The notes under the pieces are model-generated. The model did not search any database and was not told where the DNA came from. It saw only the letters and a program-made list of their open reading frames with translations. From contig JABCSY010000001.1 in assembly GCA_018238625.1 (NCBI GenBank), positions 1 to 64,000 of the forward strand: a DNA stretch of 64,000 bases, given 5' to 3'. Positions within the stretch are counted from its first letter, which is position 1. The number at the start of each line of letters is the position of its first letter. The translations under genes and the position numbers were made by a program. Positions 10,018-19,203 of this stretch are shown in pieces. Origin of the DNA: Promethearchaeota archaeon (GTDB lineage: Archaea; Asgardarchaeota; Lokiarchaeia; Sigyniarchaeales; SOKP01).

Positions 10018-11001
10018 TTAATCTTCTTCTTCGTCCCATCCGAGATCTTTTAAAACATTTTCAAAGGTTGCTGACTCTTTATCTAACACAAATTCAGTTT
10101 CATACTCTGAAGCACCTTCTACAAATTCAGTATTAAAATCAGGTGGAGGAAGATCTTCGAGTGAAAGCAAACCCTCCTGTAAAGGTTGTTCCTGTACGAT
10201 TTGAGGCTCTTGATAGCTGGGGTCCTCTTCTATCTCCATCGGAGTATAATCTTCAAGGGGCACTGGGGCAATTTCGTCGTCATAAACTTTAAATTGTGGT
10301 TCATTGCTTTCAGTAGTAGAAGAGATCGGCACATGAGCTTCCGTACTCTCAGTGGCGCGTTCTAATTGCCTTTCATATTCTAAACCAAGAGAGGATGGGA
10401 TTGAAACAATGTTATTTTCGTTTTTAGATTCAGGGTCCTCGATTTCGCCACCTTCCTTCTCCCAGTCGTCTAAAAACCCTAATAAACCGTCTAACGCAGC
10501 CTTATCTTCTTCTATACTAGGTTTAACTATATCAATTATTTCCTCTTTTTCTTGCTCTTCCCTTAGTTTAGCCCTTTCGGATTCCTCTAAAGAAAGAGTC
10601 ATTTCAGTTATTTGTTCTCCTGAGATTAATATATTCAACTTTAGTGCTAATTCGCGTAAATAACCAAGGTAGTAACCTATTCGGTATACATTTTTTAAAC
10701 CACCAAATACAAGATATTCGTCGTTAATTGCTAAAATAATACTATACCCGGAAGTATTATGAAGAATAATTTCTGTTAAAGCGCCATGAGCTGTTGCTTC
10801 ACTTAACCTCAATCCCAAATCTATTAATGCGGTACTCGAAGCGGAAGTTGCGTCAGCGTCAAGTTCATAAGAAGTAGAAGAAGCTACTTTCATACCAACT
10901 CTAGATAAAACAGCTAAATTTTCTAAATCCGTTTTTTCTTCCTCGAGCTTTAAAATTTTCATCATATTCTCGCGAATACCTTGCACAAGCGACTCGGACA
11001 T
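10018..11001 (-). CDS. Roadblock/LC7-domain protein with a long acidic, probably disordered C-terminal tail
   Basis: The N-terminal ~125 aa has the roadblock pattern (LAVLSRVGMKVASS...ATSASSTALIDLG...EIILHNTSGYSIILAI). The remainder is E/D/P-rich. Confidence 0.75.
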   Translation of the reverse strand: MSESLVQGIRENMMKILKLEEEKTDLENLAVLSRVGMKVASSTSYELDADATSASSTALIDLGLRLSEATAHGALTEIILHNTSGYSIILAINDEYLVFGGLKNVYRIGYYLGYLRELALKLNILISGEQITEMTLSLEESERAKLREEQEKEEIIDIVKPSIEEDKAALDGLLGFLDDWEKEGGEIEDPESKNENNIVSIPSSLGLEYERQLERATESTEAHVPISSTTESNEPQFKVYDDEIAPVPLEDYTPMEIEEDPSYQEPQIVQEQPLQEGLLSLEDLPPPDFNTEFVEGASEYETEFVLDKESATFENVLKDLGWDEEED

Positions 11002-11104
11002 TTTAAATCAAACTGTTTTTTTGGTTAAAGTTAATTAAAATTCAATAATTATTATATTCTCTTAATTTATAACATAAAATCTATATTAATATATTTTATT
11101 ATAA

Positions 11105-11836
11105 TTACATGAAATCATTTAAATTCTTTTGCGTAGAGGGAGAATTAACATGTTTATTGAACGAATAATCAGATAAATTGGTTATTATTTTTTTAATTTC
11201 TTCTACAACCTCTTCTGTGGTTAATTTATCTGTATCGATTATAAATATTTTTTTAGCTTGAGTTTTGGATAGTAGAAATTGGTTGTAATAGGAAAGAATT
11301 TTTAACAAATACTCTTTGTCGCTTTCATTCCACTCTTTTCTAATTTTATCAATTGAGCCTCTTTGAATAATTCTTTTTAATATTGTATTGGGTTCAGCTG
11401 TAAGATATACGATGTAATCTTCTTTCCATTTAACTGATTTATACATATCAAGGATAAGGTTATAATCCTTTTCCTTAAGATACAAACTTTTGGAATATAT
11501 TAATACACAAATAGGAGTCCGATCTAAAATAATAACTCTGCCATTATATTGGTTGTCAAAATTCGTAATATTCTTATTTCTTCTGATTAATTGTTGGAGA
11601 AAGTGAATTTCACTTCGAAATGCAATTTGTTTGTTGTCAGAGCCAAATGGAAAAGGAGGTATTTTTATGTATCTTTCTGGAAAAAATTTAAATTTGTTAT
11701 TATCTCCCAAATTTTTCTTTAAAAGATTAAAGACGGTTGATTTTCCGATTCCGTGTGGACCAGCAATCGAGATAATAACGTTATCCTTGCTTCCTTTATT
11801 TGCGTAATACCTTTTACCCAATCTCTCTTTCTCCAA
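11105..11836 (-). CDS. Deoxynucleoside/thymidylate kinase family P-loop kinase with C-terminal PIP-box-like motif
   Basis: GPHGIGKST, ILDRTP and YLTAEPNTILKRIIQRG motifs; ends QKNLNDFM. Confidence 0.8.
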   Translation of the reverse strand: MEKERLGKRYYANKGSKDNVIISIAGPHGIGKSTVFNLLKKNLGDNNKFKFFPERYIKIPPFPFGSDNKQIAFRSEIHFLQQLIRRNKNITNFDNQYNGRVIILDRTPICVLIYSKSLYLKEKDYNLILDMYKSVKWKEDYIVYLTAEPNTILKRIIQRGSIDKIRKEWNESDKEYLLKILSYYNQFLLSKTQAKKIFIIDTDKLTTEEVVEEIKKIITNLSDYSFNKHVNSPSTQKNLNDFM

Positions 11837-11955
11837 GTTGTTTAGATCATGTCAAATTTAAAAGAATAAAAGTTACTAATAATGCCACTAGAGATATGTG
11901 ATTTTTCTTTTTTATAAAATTTTATATTAAACAATAATATGGTGCGATCAAAAAA

Positions 11956-13044
11956 TTAAAAATACACTATCAAGATAACAATAGCAATATTGTAAATGAT
12001 GCTAGCGGTGATTGTGGTGAGAATATTTTTATTGGCTTCGTATAGTATACCTAAAAATATAAAAACCATGAAATTTACTAAAAAGAAATAAATTCCTATT
12101 GGTAAAGTAAACAATAGAAAAAGAACTGAGTATATTAGCGCGTTTATAAAAATTACTGAAGACCTCCCTAGTAAATTATTATCAAAACGTTCTTTTAGAG
12201 TATTATGTAACACTCCTCTAAATACTAATTCTGTAGAAATTGCAGATAAAGATAATATAACCATAAGCAATATTACCCAGATTAAATCTGTGTTTTGGAT
12301 TACCAGAGATTGATTGGCTAAATAAGAAAAAATATCAAAAAAATCTATTCCGGAGTCGTACATAAACTGTATTAATAACGAAGAGAAATTATCAATAATT
12401 ACTAATCCTATACTCCCGATTACGCCAATTAATAGCGCAATTAAAAATGGTCTTGCTTTAAAATTTAACCTTAATTTTTGAAAATTATGTTTTTTTGAAT
12501 AAATGTACCACACGGGATACAACCCAAATAAGACGTCAGGAATTTGACTTAATAGTATTGTTGTAATATTTAAATCAATTGGATCAGAAGATTCTAATTG
12601 TAGAGTTAATAACATAGTAATTAGTAATCGAATAATTATATATACCATAAGAGAGTTACCAAAAACGCTAATACCCTCTCTAAAATTCCAAGTCTCTTTT
12701 TTTATTATAAATTTTTGTTCTGGCACCAACTTTTTATTTGTAAAGACATAACCCGTTTTATTGAGATGTGTTTCACTTGATTGTGTTTTTTGAAGTTTTG
12801 GTATCTTTTCTAGCTTAGTATTACATATAGGGCATTGTTCTAGTACAGAAGAGGTTATTATCGACCCACAACCAGAACATTTTCTTGAAACTGTTTTTTT
12901 TTGAGGTGGTTTTGTTCCTTTGCTTGGCTCAATTTTTACTACGAGTTTTCCACATTTAGGACAGTAGATTTTGCTTTCTTCAATTTGAGTCCCACAGTAC
13001 ACGCAATGTTTTACTATTTGTTGTTTTTCATTTTCTTTTGACAT
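11956..13044 (-). CDS. Double zinc-ribbon protein fused to a degenerate CPBP-like membrane domain
   Basis: CVYC/CPKC and CSGC/CPIC pairs, then multiple TM helices with TELVFRG. ATG 13044 preferred over the track start at 13083. Confidence 0.72.
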   Translation of the reverse strand: MSKENEKQQIVKHCVYCGTQIEESKIYCPKCGKLVVKIEPSKGTKPPQKKTVSRKCSGCGSIITSSVLEQCPICNTKLEKIPKLQKTQSSETHLNKTGYVFTNKKLVPEQKFIIKKETWNFREGISVFGNSLMVYIIIRLLITMLLTLQLESSDPIDLNITTILLSQIPDVLFGLYPVWYIYSKKHNFQKLRLNFKARPFLIALLIGVIGSIGLVIIDNFSSLLIQFMYDSGIDFFDIFSYLANQSLVIQNTDLIWVILLMVILSLSAISTELVFRGVLHNTLKERFDNNLLGRSSVIFINALIYSVLFLLFTLPIGIYFFLVNFMVFIFLGILYEANKNILTTITASIIYNIAIVILIVYF

Positions 13045-13222
13045 TATACTCAAAAAATTAGGGTATTTTCTACTAAAGCACACTTAGTTTATTATATAAA
13101 CTAAAAATTATATAGTTTATTGTTATTTAAAACAATCAAAGTAGTATGGTAAACAAACGGGGAAATTATAGGAGTTAGATATTCTAAAGTCTTTAACTCA
13201 AATCCTTTGATTTCAATCTTAT

Positions 13223-14464
13223 TTACTCTTTTATTTTTTTTTTAGTTATTGAGTAAATTTCCATAAGTAATAGATTATGATAAAATGTTATCGAATCAAA
13301 ATATCCTTCTCCTAAATCTGATTGATTAGCGTGAACTAATGCTAGTTGAGCATTAAGAGCAGATCTCATAAGAAACTCAATTCCTTTATGAATCAAGTTA
13401 GGACTCCACGCATCTCGAAGAGGATTAGCCCACCATGTACTATCCGAACAAATTCCTTTATCATAAAACCATCTAGCTGTGTTATAGTAATTTTCTACTT
13501 CCCAATCTTGAGTTAAATCTAGGTTTTCTAACAATGTCATTAAATTATTTAGGCTTCTCATTATCTTCCAATATAATTTATGGATGCTATTATCAGGATG
13601 GTCCCATAATGGGAACGGGATATGGGCCTTTATATCCTCATGAGTAGTGCTCCAACTTGAATCTCGTGGAATTATTTTTTCTTTATGAACCGGAAAATAT
13701 CTATCTAAATCGGATATAAATACAATCTTAATTTCTTTCTGTGAGTCAATAAGTTCAAAAACTTTACTCAAAAAAACTCTTTCATATTTCTTTATATGAT
13801 GACCAAATGTCTCAGAATCCATCGCAGTGATAACATATTTGTCTTTATCCTTAGACTCTTTTTTATTTTTAAAAATTTCATTTAAATCTTTGACGAATTC
13901 TTTTGCACTAATATTATTAAATGAAATTTTGTTACTTAAAATATCGTCTCTAAAAAAAAGCTGTAATCCATTTGGAGAACTATATATGTAATCATAGGGC
14001 CATTTTATTGGACAAGCTATTCCGCTCATTATTACCCATTTATAACCTAATTGCCGAATGAATTTGGCAACTTTAGAGTTAATAGACATTTCGGGCGGAA
14101 AAAAACCCTTTCGTTCCCATTTTTGAAATTCCAACCTATTAACCTCCTCATTTAATCGAATTTGGTTGTGAGCTTCTTTTTCGGGTATTAAGGGAAGAAT
14201 AGGATGAAATTTTGCGGTTCCGAGAATTTCAATTTTGTTTTCAGAAACTAAATTTTTTAATAACTCCAGTGTATCCTCTAAATCAAATTCGTGGAACATT
14301 TCAATAAGGTTACTATTTATGTTTAGACTGATTTTGATATTTTCGTGCTCTTCTAACATAGAAAATAGAGGTTTATAACACTCTTTATTAATTTTTCGCA
14401 AAACACCAACATCCTGGTATGGAGGTTGGTAAGCGTGAAGCATTGGCGCCCAATAAGTTGTCAT
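13223..14464 (-). CDS. Glycoside hydrolase family 57 protein
   Basis: HAYQP, FHPILPL, GFFPPEM (nucleophile Glu), AMDSETFGHH and SSWS motifs. Confidence 0.9.
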   Translation of the reverse strand: MTTYWAPMLHAYQPPYQDVGVLRKINKECYKPLFSMLEEHENIKISLNINSNLIEMFHEFDLEDTLELLKNLVSENKIEILGTAKFHPILPLIPEKEAHNQIRLNEEVNRLEFQKWERKGFFPPEMSINSKVAKFIRQLGYKWVIMSGIACPIKWPYDYIYSSPNGLQLFFRDDILSNKISFNNISAKEFVKDLNEIFKNKKESKDKDKYVITAMDSETFGHHIKKYERVFLSKVFELIDSQKEIKIVFISDLDRYFPVHKEKIIPRDSSWSTTHEDIKAHIPFPLWDHPDNSIHKLYWKIMRSLNNLMTLLENLDLTQDWEVENYYNTARWFYDKGICSDSTWWANPLRDAWSPNLIHKGIEFLMRSALNAQLALVHANQSDLGEGYFDSITFYHNLLLMEIYSITKKKIKE

Positions 14465-14530
14465 ATTAATGCAAAGGCTTTTGTTTTGTTTTATTTTATT
14501 AGGATATTGTAAAATTATTTAATTATTTAA

Positions 14531-15634
14531 TTATTTCTCCAAAATGGATTCTTTTATGGCAGTTCCAAAATGAGTCGCTCCTGGTCCAATATGTACTAAA
14601 ACCTCGTCGCCAATTTTAATAGCAACAACAGATTTAGCTTTACCATCCGGAGCAACTAATCGAATTGTTTCGGCATTTTGACATATACAACTCAAGGGAA
14701 TTTTTTTATTGCCTTCAGAAACTTCCAATTCAAATCTCAACATTGGTCGAATCTCTATTTTTACGCGTCCAATAGAAACAATTCGAGCTTCTCCTTTATA
14801 GTTTATAGCTAAGACTCTCTTGCCGCCTTTTAATTCGCTTAAATAATTTGTTCGATAAATCCTTTCAGGATCATCGTTAGGAACTATGATATACGCAGAT
14901 ACATCGCCTGCGTTGACACGAAATGGTCTAGAATTCACAAAATTTGTTTCAAATGTTTCAGAATGTATAAGTACAAAACCACGTGCCGTTGAACCAACGA
15001 GAAATCCCTCACCAGGTTGTAATAAAGAAGTACTATCTACGCAAACTCTCTCGCTCTCAGGTATATTTTGTATTTTAGTTATTTTTGCTTTAGCTAATTC
15101 AATTTTAATCTCAGGATGAATCAGTGATTTTAACTGAACGATATCGTTGACATTTTTTGGGGTAATAAGGATTCCATCGACCCCTGTTTCCAATGTTTTT
15201 AACATTAATTCAGCTTCTTCAATGTCTTCAACCATAGCAATTAGATCCGTATCGTTAGTATGCATTGCGGCAATAAGGTTTTCAAAAGGGATAACTTTCC
15301 AATCTTTTGCCGATACTATTATAAAATCTACTTCATTGGTTTTGGAAAGTTCTATTACTGCTTTTTCATCGTTTTTTAATTTTAATTCCATAAAAAAACC
15401 ACAATTTACACCTAATCTTTTTTCTTTTTTTAGTTGTTCTAGATTGTCAAAAATTAGATTATTAGCGGGAATTTCAAGATTTTTGGTAAAACTGTTAATT
15501 CTTTCGATCTTTTCCAATTCGGAATAAGTTTCTTCAGAGAGCAAGAAATTGAGAAAATTCATGTTAAAAGCTTCTTGCACCAAATCTTTGAAATTGTGGG
15601 TCTTTTTTTCGAAATTTAAAATTATTTTTTTCAT
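14531..15634 (-). CDS. aroB': 3-dehydroquinate synthase II (archaeal type)
   Basis: DWKVIPFENLIA, ERVCVDS, RPFRVNAG, GRVKIEIRP, QNAETIRL and HFGTAIKE motifs. Confidence 0.93.
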   Translation of the reverse strand: MKKIILNFEKKTHNFKDLVQEAFNMNFLNFLLSEETYSELEKIERINSFTKNLEIPANNLIFDNLEQLKKEKRLGVNCGFFMELKLKNDEKAVIELSKTNEVDFIIVSAKDWKVIPFENLIAAMHTNDTDLIAMVEDIEEAELMLKTLETGVDGILITPKNVNDIVQLKSLIHPEIKIELAKAKITKIQNIPESERVCVDSTSLLQPGEGFLVGSTARGFVLIHSETFETNFVNSRPFRVNAGDVSAYIIVPNDDPERIYRTNYLSELKGGKRVLAINYKGEARIVSIGRVKIEIRPMLRFELEVSEGNKKIPLSCICQNAETIRLVAPDGKAKSVVAIKIGDEVLVHIGPGATHFGTAIKESILEK

Positions 15635-15773
15635 TTATTATTGGACTCTAAAAGATTTATTGATAAGAACTATTATACTAAATTAAATTCTATCAAATTT
15701 TTAAGTTAATAATATCATATTAATAATATAAGAGATACTAATAAAATTACTCTAAAAGGAGTGAATAGAAGTA

Positions 15774-16424
15774 ATGGCACTTAAAAAAAAACTTTTTCCC
15801 CGTAAAGCTAAAGAAAAAGATGAATTAGTTATTAAAGCTAAATCGCACATTAGAAAAATAGCGTTAGCAAATAAAACTTACAACAGAAGATCAGAGATTG
15901 CTAGAAAAAACGCTAAAATTGCGATAAAGAGAGGAGAAAGAACTAGAGCGAAAAATTATTTAATTCAACACAAACAATATCAGTTGAAAGTAGATCGCGC
16001 GAACAACATTCGAGCCAGAATAGAAAGACAGATAGAGGCTATCGAAGAGGGTCAAATGATATCAATGACAGGCGATTTAATGGGCGGAATTAGGGATGAG
16101 CTAAAAGGTATTGCAACTCAGGTTGCCCCCGAAAAGATCGCTGAAATCGCAGAGGACTCTGAATTATATGTGTCTGAAATAGAAGAGTCTGCCGATATTC
16201 TTGCCGGAGATCCCGAAATTGATTTAGCAATCGATGTAACCGACGATTTAAATCAACTTGAAACTGAGATGCTACTGGAGCAGGGCGGCCAAATGCCAGA
16301 AGTACCTGCCGATGACTTGCAATATCTGAGCGAGTTTGACGAGATGGAAGAAGAGACTGAAATCAAAACAAAAGCAAAATTAGAAGACGAAATCGACAAA
16401 CTTAGAAAAGAATTAGAAACTTAA
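15774..16424 (+). CDS. ESCRT-III Snf7-family protein (Vps20/32/60-like)
   Basis: Basic N-terminal helical hairpin (AKIAIKRGERTRAKNYL), acidic C-half, MIM2-like MPEVP and a terminal helix. GGAGTGA SD-like motif upstream. Confidence 0.85.
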   Translation: MALKKKLFPRKAKEKDELVIKAKSHIRKIALANKTYNRRSEIARKNAKIAIKRGERTRAKNYLIQHKQYQLKVDRANNIRARIERQIEAIEEGQMISMTGDLMGGIRDELKGIATQVAPEKIAEIAEDSELYVSEIEESADILAGDPEIDLAIDVTDDLNQLETEMLLEQGGQMPEVPADDLQYLSEFDEMEEETEIKTKAKLEDEIDKLRKELET

Positions 16425-16483
16425 TTTTTTTAAACTTATTCTCTTTACCAATTTTTAATCGATCTTAAGTAGTTTTTTACTTT

Positions 16484-18589
16484 TTAGGTAAAATATCTTT
16501 TTCTATCGAATTTTTTGGCATTTCTTCTTAAAAAATCTTCTTCTTGCATATCTTCGTCGATCGATTCGATTTTTTTATCAATCGTGTAGAAATCCTTTTG
16601 TAAGTTCTTAAAATTTTTAAAGAAATCAATTTCCGAGATATTTCCAGATTCAAATTTTGATTCTAACGTTTTTAACGTTTCTTCGAGGCTATATTTTTCT
16701 TTTTCCAATTCAAACATTTTTTTACTTCTCGTTTTATTCATTTTCTTTGAATTAGGTCTTGGAAGATCGTTCGGTTGATTTGACATATTGTCATTATTAA
16801 ACAATTCCGAAAGATGATTCCTCGAATATTCGTTATATTGTGGCATCTGTCTAACTTTTTCATTCAATCGATAATAAGCCGGTTCGTACGAGCGATCATC
16901 AAAATCATTTCTATTTAATGGATTAGAAGAAGGGGCGCTGGATCTTTGTAATTGTTCTAATTTTCTCATTAGAAAGTTTTTCTCTTCAGCATCAGAAAAA
17001 CTGCTTTTATATCCGCTGTTAGACCTTACAGGATCGTAATTCTGTATCCTACCCCTCTCATGGAAATTTTGCATGAAGAATTCATTTTGATTGTAATTTG
17101 GAGGTAAGTAGTGCCTTATAGTGTTATTATAACGATTTAAATCTTCAGTAGTTTGAATTTGGCCGAATCCTTGATTAGAAAATCCTAGATTTTTTTGATA
17201 AAGCAATGGATTTCCGGGCACATTTTGATAATTATTAAATGGATAATTAAAATTATTTGGATAGGTGGGTTGATTTTGATCATGTGGAGCTTGGTGTGGA
17301 ATTTGATTTGGTAAATTCCTTGGATTTTGATTGAATAATGGGTTGGCATTGTGAGGATTAACGAGTACATTATTCGAATTAACATTATTATATTGGCATT
17401 TAATACTAAAGAAAGAATTTATTGTCTCCTCAATATAATTAGTTAAATCGCTCAAATCGACATCAATATCGTAAAGCTTTTTCGCTGCTACTTTATCATA
17501 CACAATAGTTTCATCAAAACTTCTGGCTAGTAGAATATAATCCAATACCCGCGAAATAGAATTTGTAGGAAGAGTGAATTCATATCTACCATAAGGAAAT
17601 TCGATATAAAGCTTTTTAAACACCTTACCTTTTATTTTAACGCTAGTTAAATCTTTAACCGGTGCTTTAAAGATGCCTTTTTGCTTTCTCTTTAATCTTC
17701 CATATTCGTGAACAAACGACAAGTCAAAATTAGTAATAAACAGGATACCTTTATCTTTTTTGTATTTATCTTGTGTGTTAAGACCATTAGCTAATTTTGC
17801 GTATATCGCATAAACAGGTTTTTCATCATCTGCTAAATTAAGAAATTTAACATAGTTTTTGAAATAAAATGTGATTTTATCTATGAAAATAAGATTTTTT
17901 AACAGGTTATCTATGCTAGTATTTATTGTTTTTACATTACTCTGAATAAAATCAGTTATAGAATTATAGCTTCTATTTAAATTTTCTAAAATGTCTTCTA
18001 TAATTCTTATGTTAGAATTTTGTTGAGTGTAAATATTAAAAAAATATTCTTTATTTATAGATAAATGTTGGATAAAATTATGTATTTTTTCGAGAAGAGT
18101 TTCTTTTGCGTATATAAATAGTTTAAAGAGCGCTAAGAGGTCGGACTCCATTTTTGGATAATGATAACACCTTATTGGAGGCGATCGTGCATCTATTACT
18201 TTCTGCCTCATCATATAAAGGGAGTTTACTATATCTCTGAATGGATCAATAAAGGAGCGTGCGTTTTTAATTAATTCTAAAAATTGTTTTTCTAAATCTT
18301 CCTTCTTTTCGTAGATATTAACAATTTGATGAGAATGACACTTGGGACAAGATTTTAAAAGTTGGTTCGTTTGGATTATATTCACATTTCCACAATCGTT
18401 ACAAATCTTTTGTTTGCTTGATCCTGAGATGGTTATATTTTTTGAATTGCAATCTTGACAAACATAAGAATCGATTTTTTCTTCGTGAAGGCAATCAGAA
18501 CAACAACTAACGCCACAATTTTCACAATAATACGCTATCTTCACGTTTCGCTGGCAAAAATGACATATTTGGAAGTGTTGCTCCGACAT
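16484..18589 (-). CDS. Multidomain protein: Cys-rich Zn-finger N-terminus, helical region, PH-like domain, N/Q/P-rich low-complexity region, C-terminal helical hairpin resembling the ESCRT-I core
   Basis: Six CxxC pairs in aa 9-84; GILFITNFDLSFV PH/GRAM-like strand pattern; LEETLKTLESKFESGNISEIDFFKNFKNL near the C-terminus. Confidence 0.55.
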   Translation of the reverse strand: MSEQHFQICHFCQRNVKIAYYCENCGVSCCSDCLHEEKIDSYVCQDCNSKNITISGSSKQKICNDCGNVNIIQTNQLLKSCPKCHSHQIVNIYEKKEDLEKQFLELIKNARSFIDPFRDIVNSLYMMRQKVIDARSPPIRCYHYPKMESDLLALFKLFIYAKETLLEKIHNFIQHLSINKEYFFNIYTQQNSNIRIIEDILENLNRSYNSITDFIQSNVKTINTSIDNLLKNLIFIDKITFYFKNYVKFLNLADDEKPVYAIYAKLANGLNTQDKYKKDKGILFITNFDLSFVHEYGRLKRKQKGIFKAPVKDLTSVKIKGKVFKKLYIEFPYGRYEFTLPTNSISRVLDYILLARSFDETIVYDKVAAKKLYDIDVDLSDLTNYIEETINSFFSIKCQYNNVNSNNVLVNPHNANPLFNQNPRNLPNQIPHQAPHDQNQPTYPNNFNYPFNNYQNVPGNPLLYQKNLGFSNQGFGQIQTTEDLNRYNNTIRHYLPPNYNQNEFFMQNFHERGRIQNYDPVRSNSGYKSSFSDAEEKNFLMRKLEQLQRSSAPSSNPLNRNDFDDRSYEPAYYRLNEKVRQMPQYNEYSRNHLSELFNNDNMSNQPNDLPRPNSKKMNKTRSKKMFELEKEKYSLEETLKTLESKFESGNISEIDFFKNFKNLQKDFYTIDKKIESIDEDMQEEDFLRRNAKKFDRKRYFT

Positions 18590-18772
18590 ATTTAAGTTTA
18601 AACCCGACCTAATTTAATTAAAAAAAAATCTATTTTTGATCGCTTTATCAACTGAAATAGATGAAAATAACTTACTAAAATAAGTGTGTTATTTATGTAT
18701 TATCTCGGAAATGCTAAAAATTAGTAAGAAGAGAGTTAGATTTCAATTAATTTTTAAATGAAAACTAAAAAA

Positions 18773-19066
18773 TTATTTAATAATTTTAATTTTAGTCCCC
18801 AGAGCTTGTCCAGGTACCCCGGCTTTTTTGAAGTGGGCTCTAACCGCTCCGCTGTTGCCGTGTGCGCGAGTTATTACAGCTTTTAATTCTTTTCCCGTAG
18901 AACTTACCCAAACTACAGTTCTCCCGCACAGTTTATTAGCCTCTTTTCTAGTCTTAACCTTTGGAAACACGATAATACAATGCTTTAAATGTATAGTATG
19001 GCGCCCCTGTTTATAATTAGAAATTGTGCCTTCCATACCTAATACGTCTAATTTACTCAAAGCCAT
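18773..19066 (-). CDS. rpl35ae: 50S ribosomal protein L35Ae
   Basis: ITRAHGNSGAVRAHF...PGQALG motif. Confidence 0.95.
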   Translation of the reverse strand: MALSKLDVLGMEGTISNYKQGRHTIHLKHCIIVFPKVKTRKEANKLCGRTVVWVSSTGKELKAVITRAHGNSGAVRAHFKKAGVPGQALGTKIKIIK

Positions 19067-19203
19067 AAAAAAATCAACTCTTTAAATTAATGAATTATTA
19101 GAAAAAATATTTGAAAAGATAAAAATTTTTCGTAAAAGACATTCTTTTAATCTAACTTTTAAAAAAGAAAACTTTTTGAGTAAATTACTTTTAATATTAT
19201 CCA

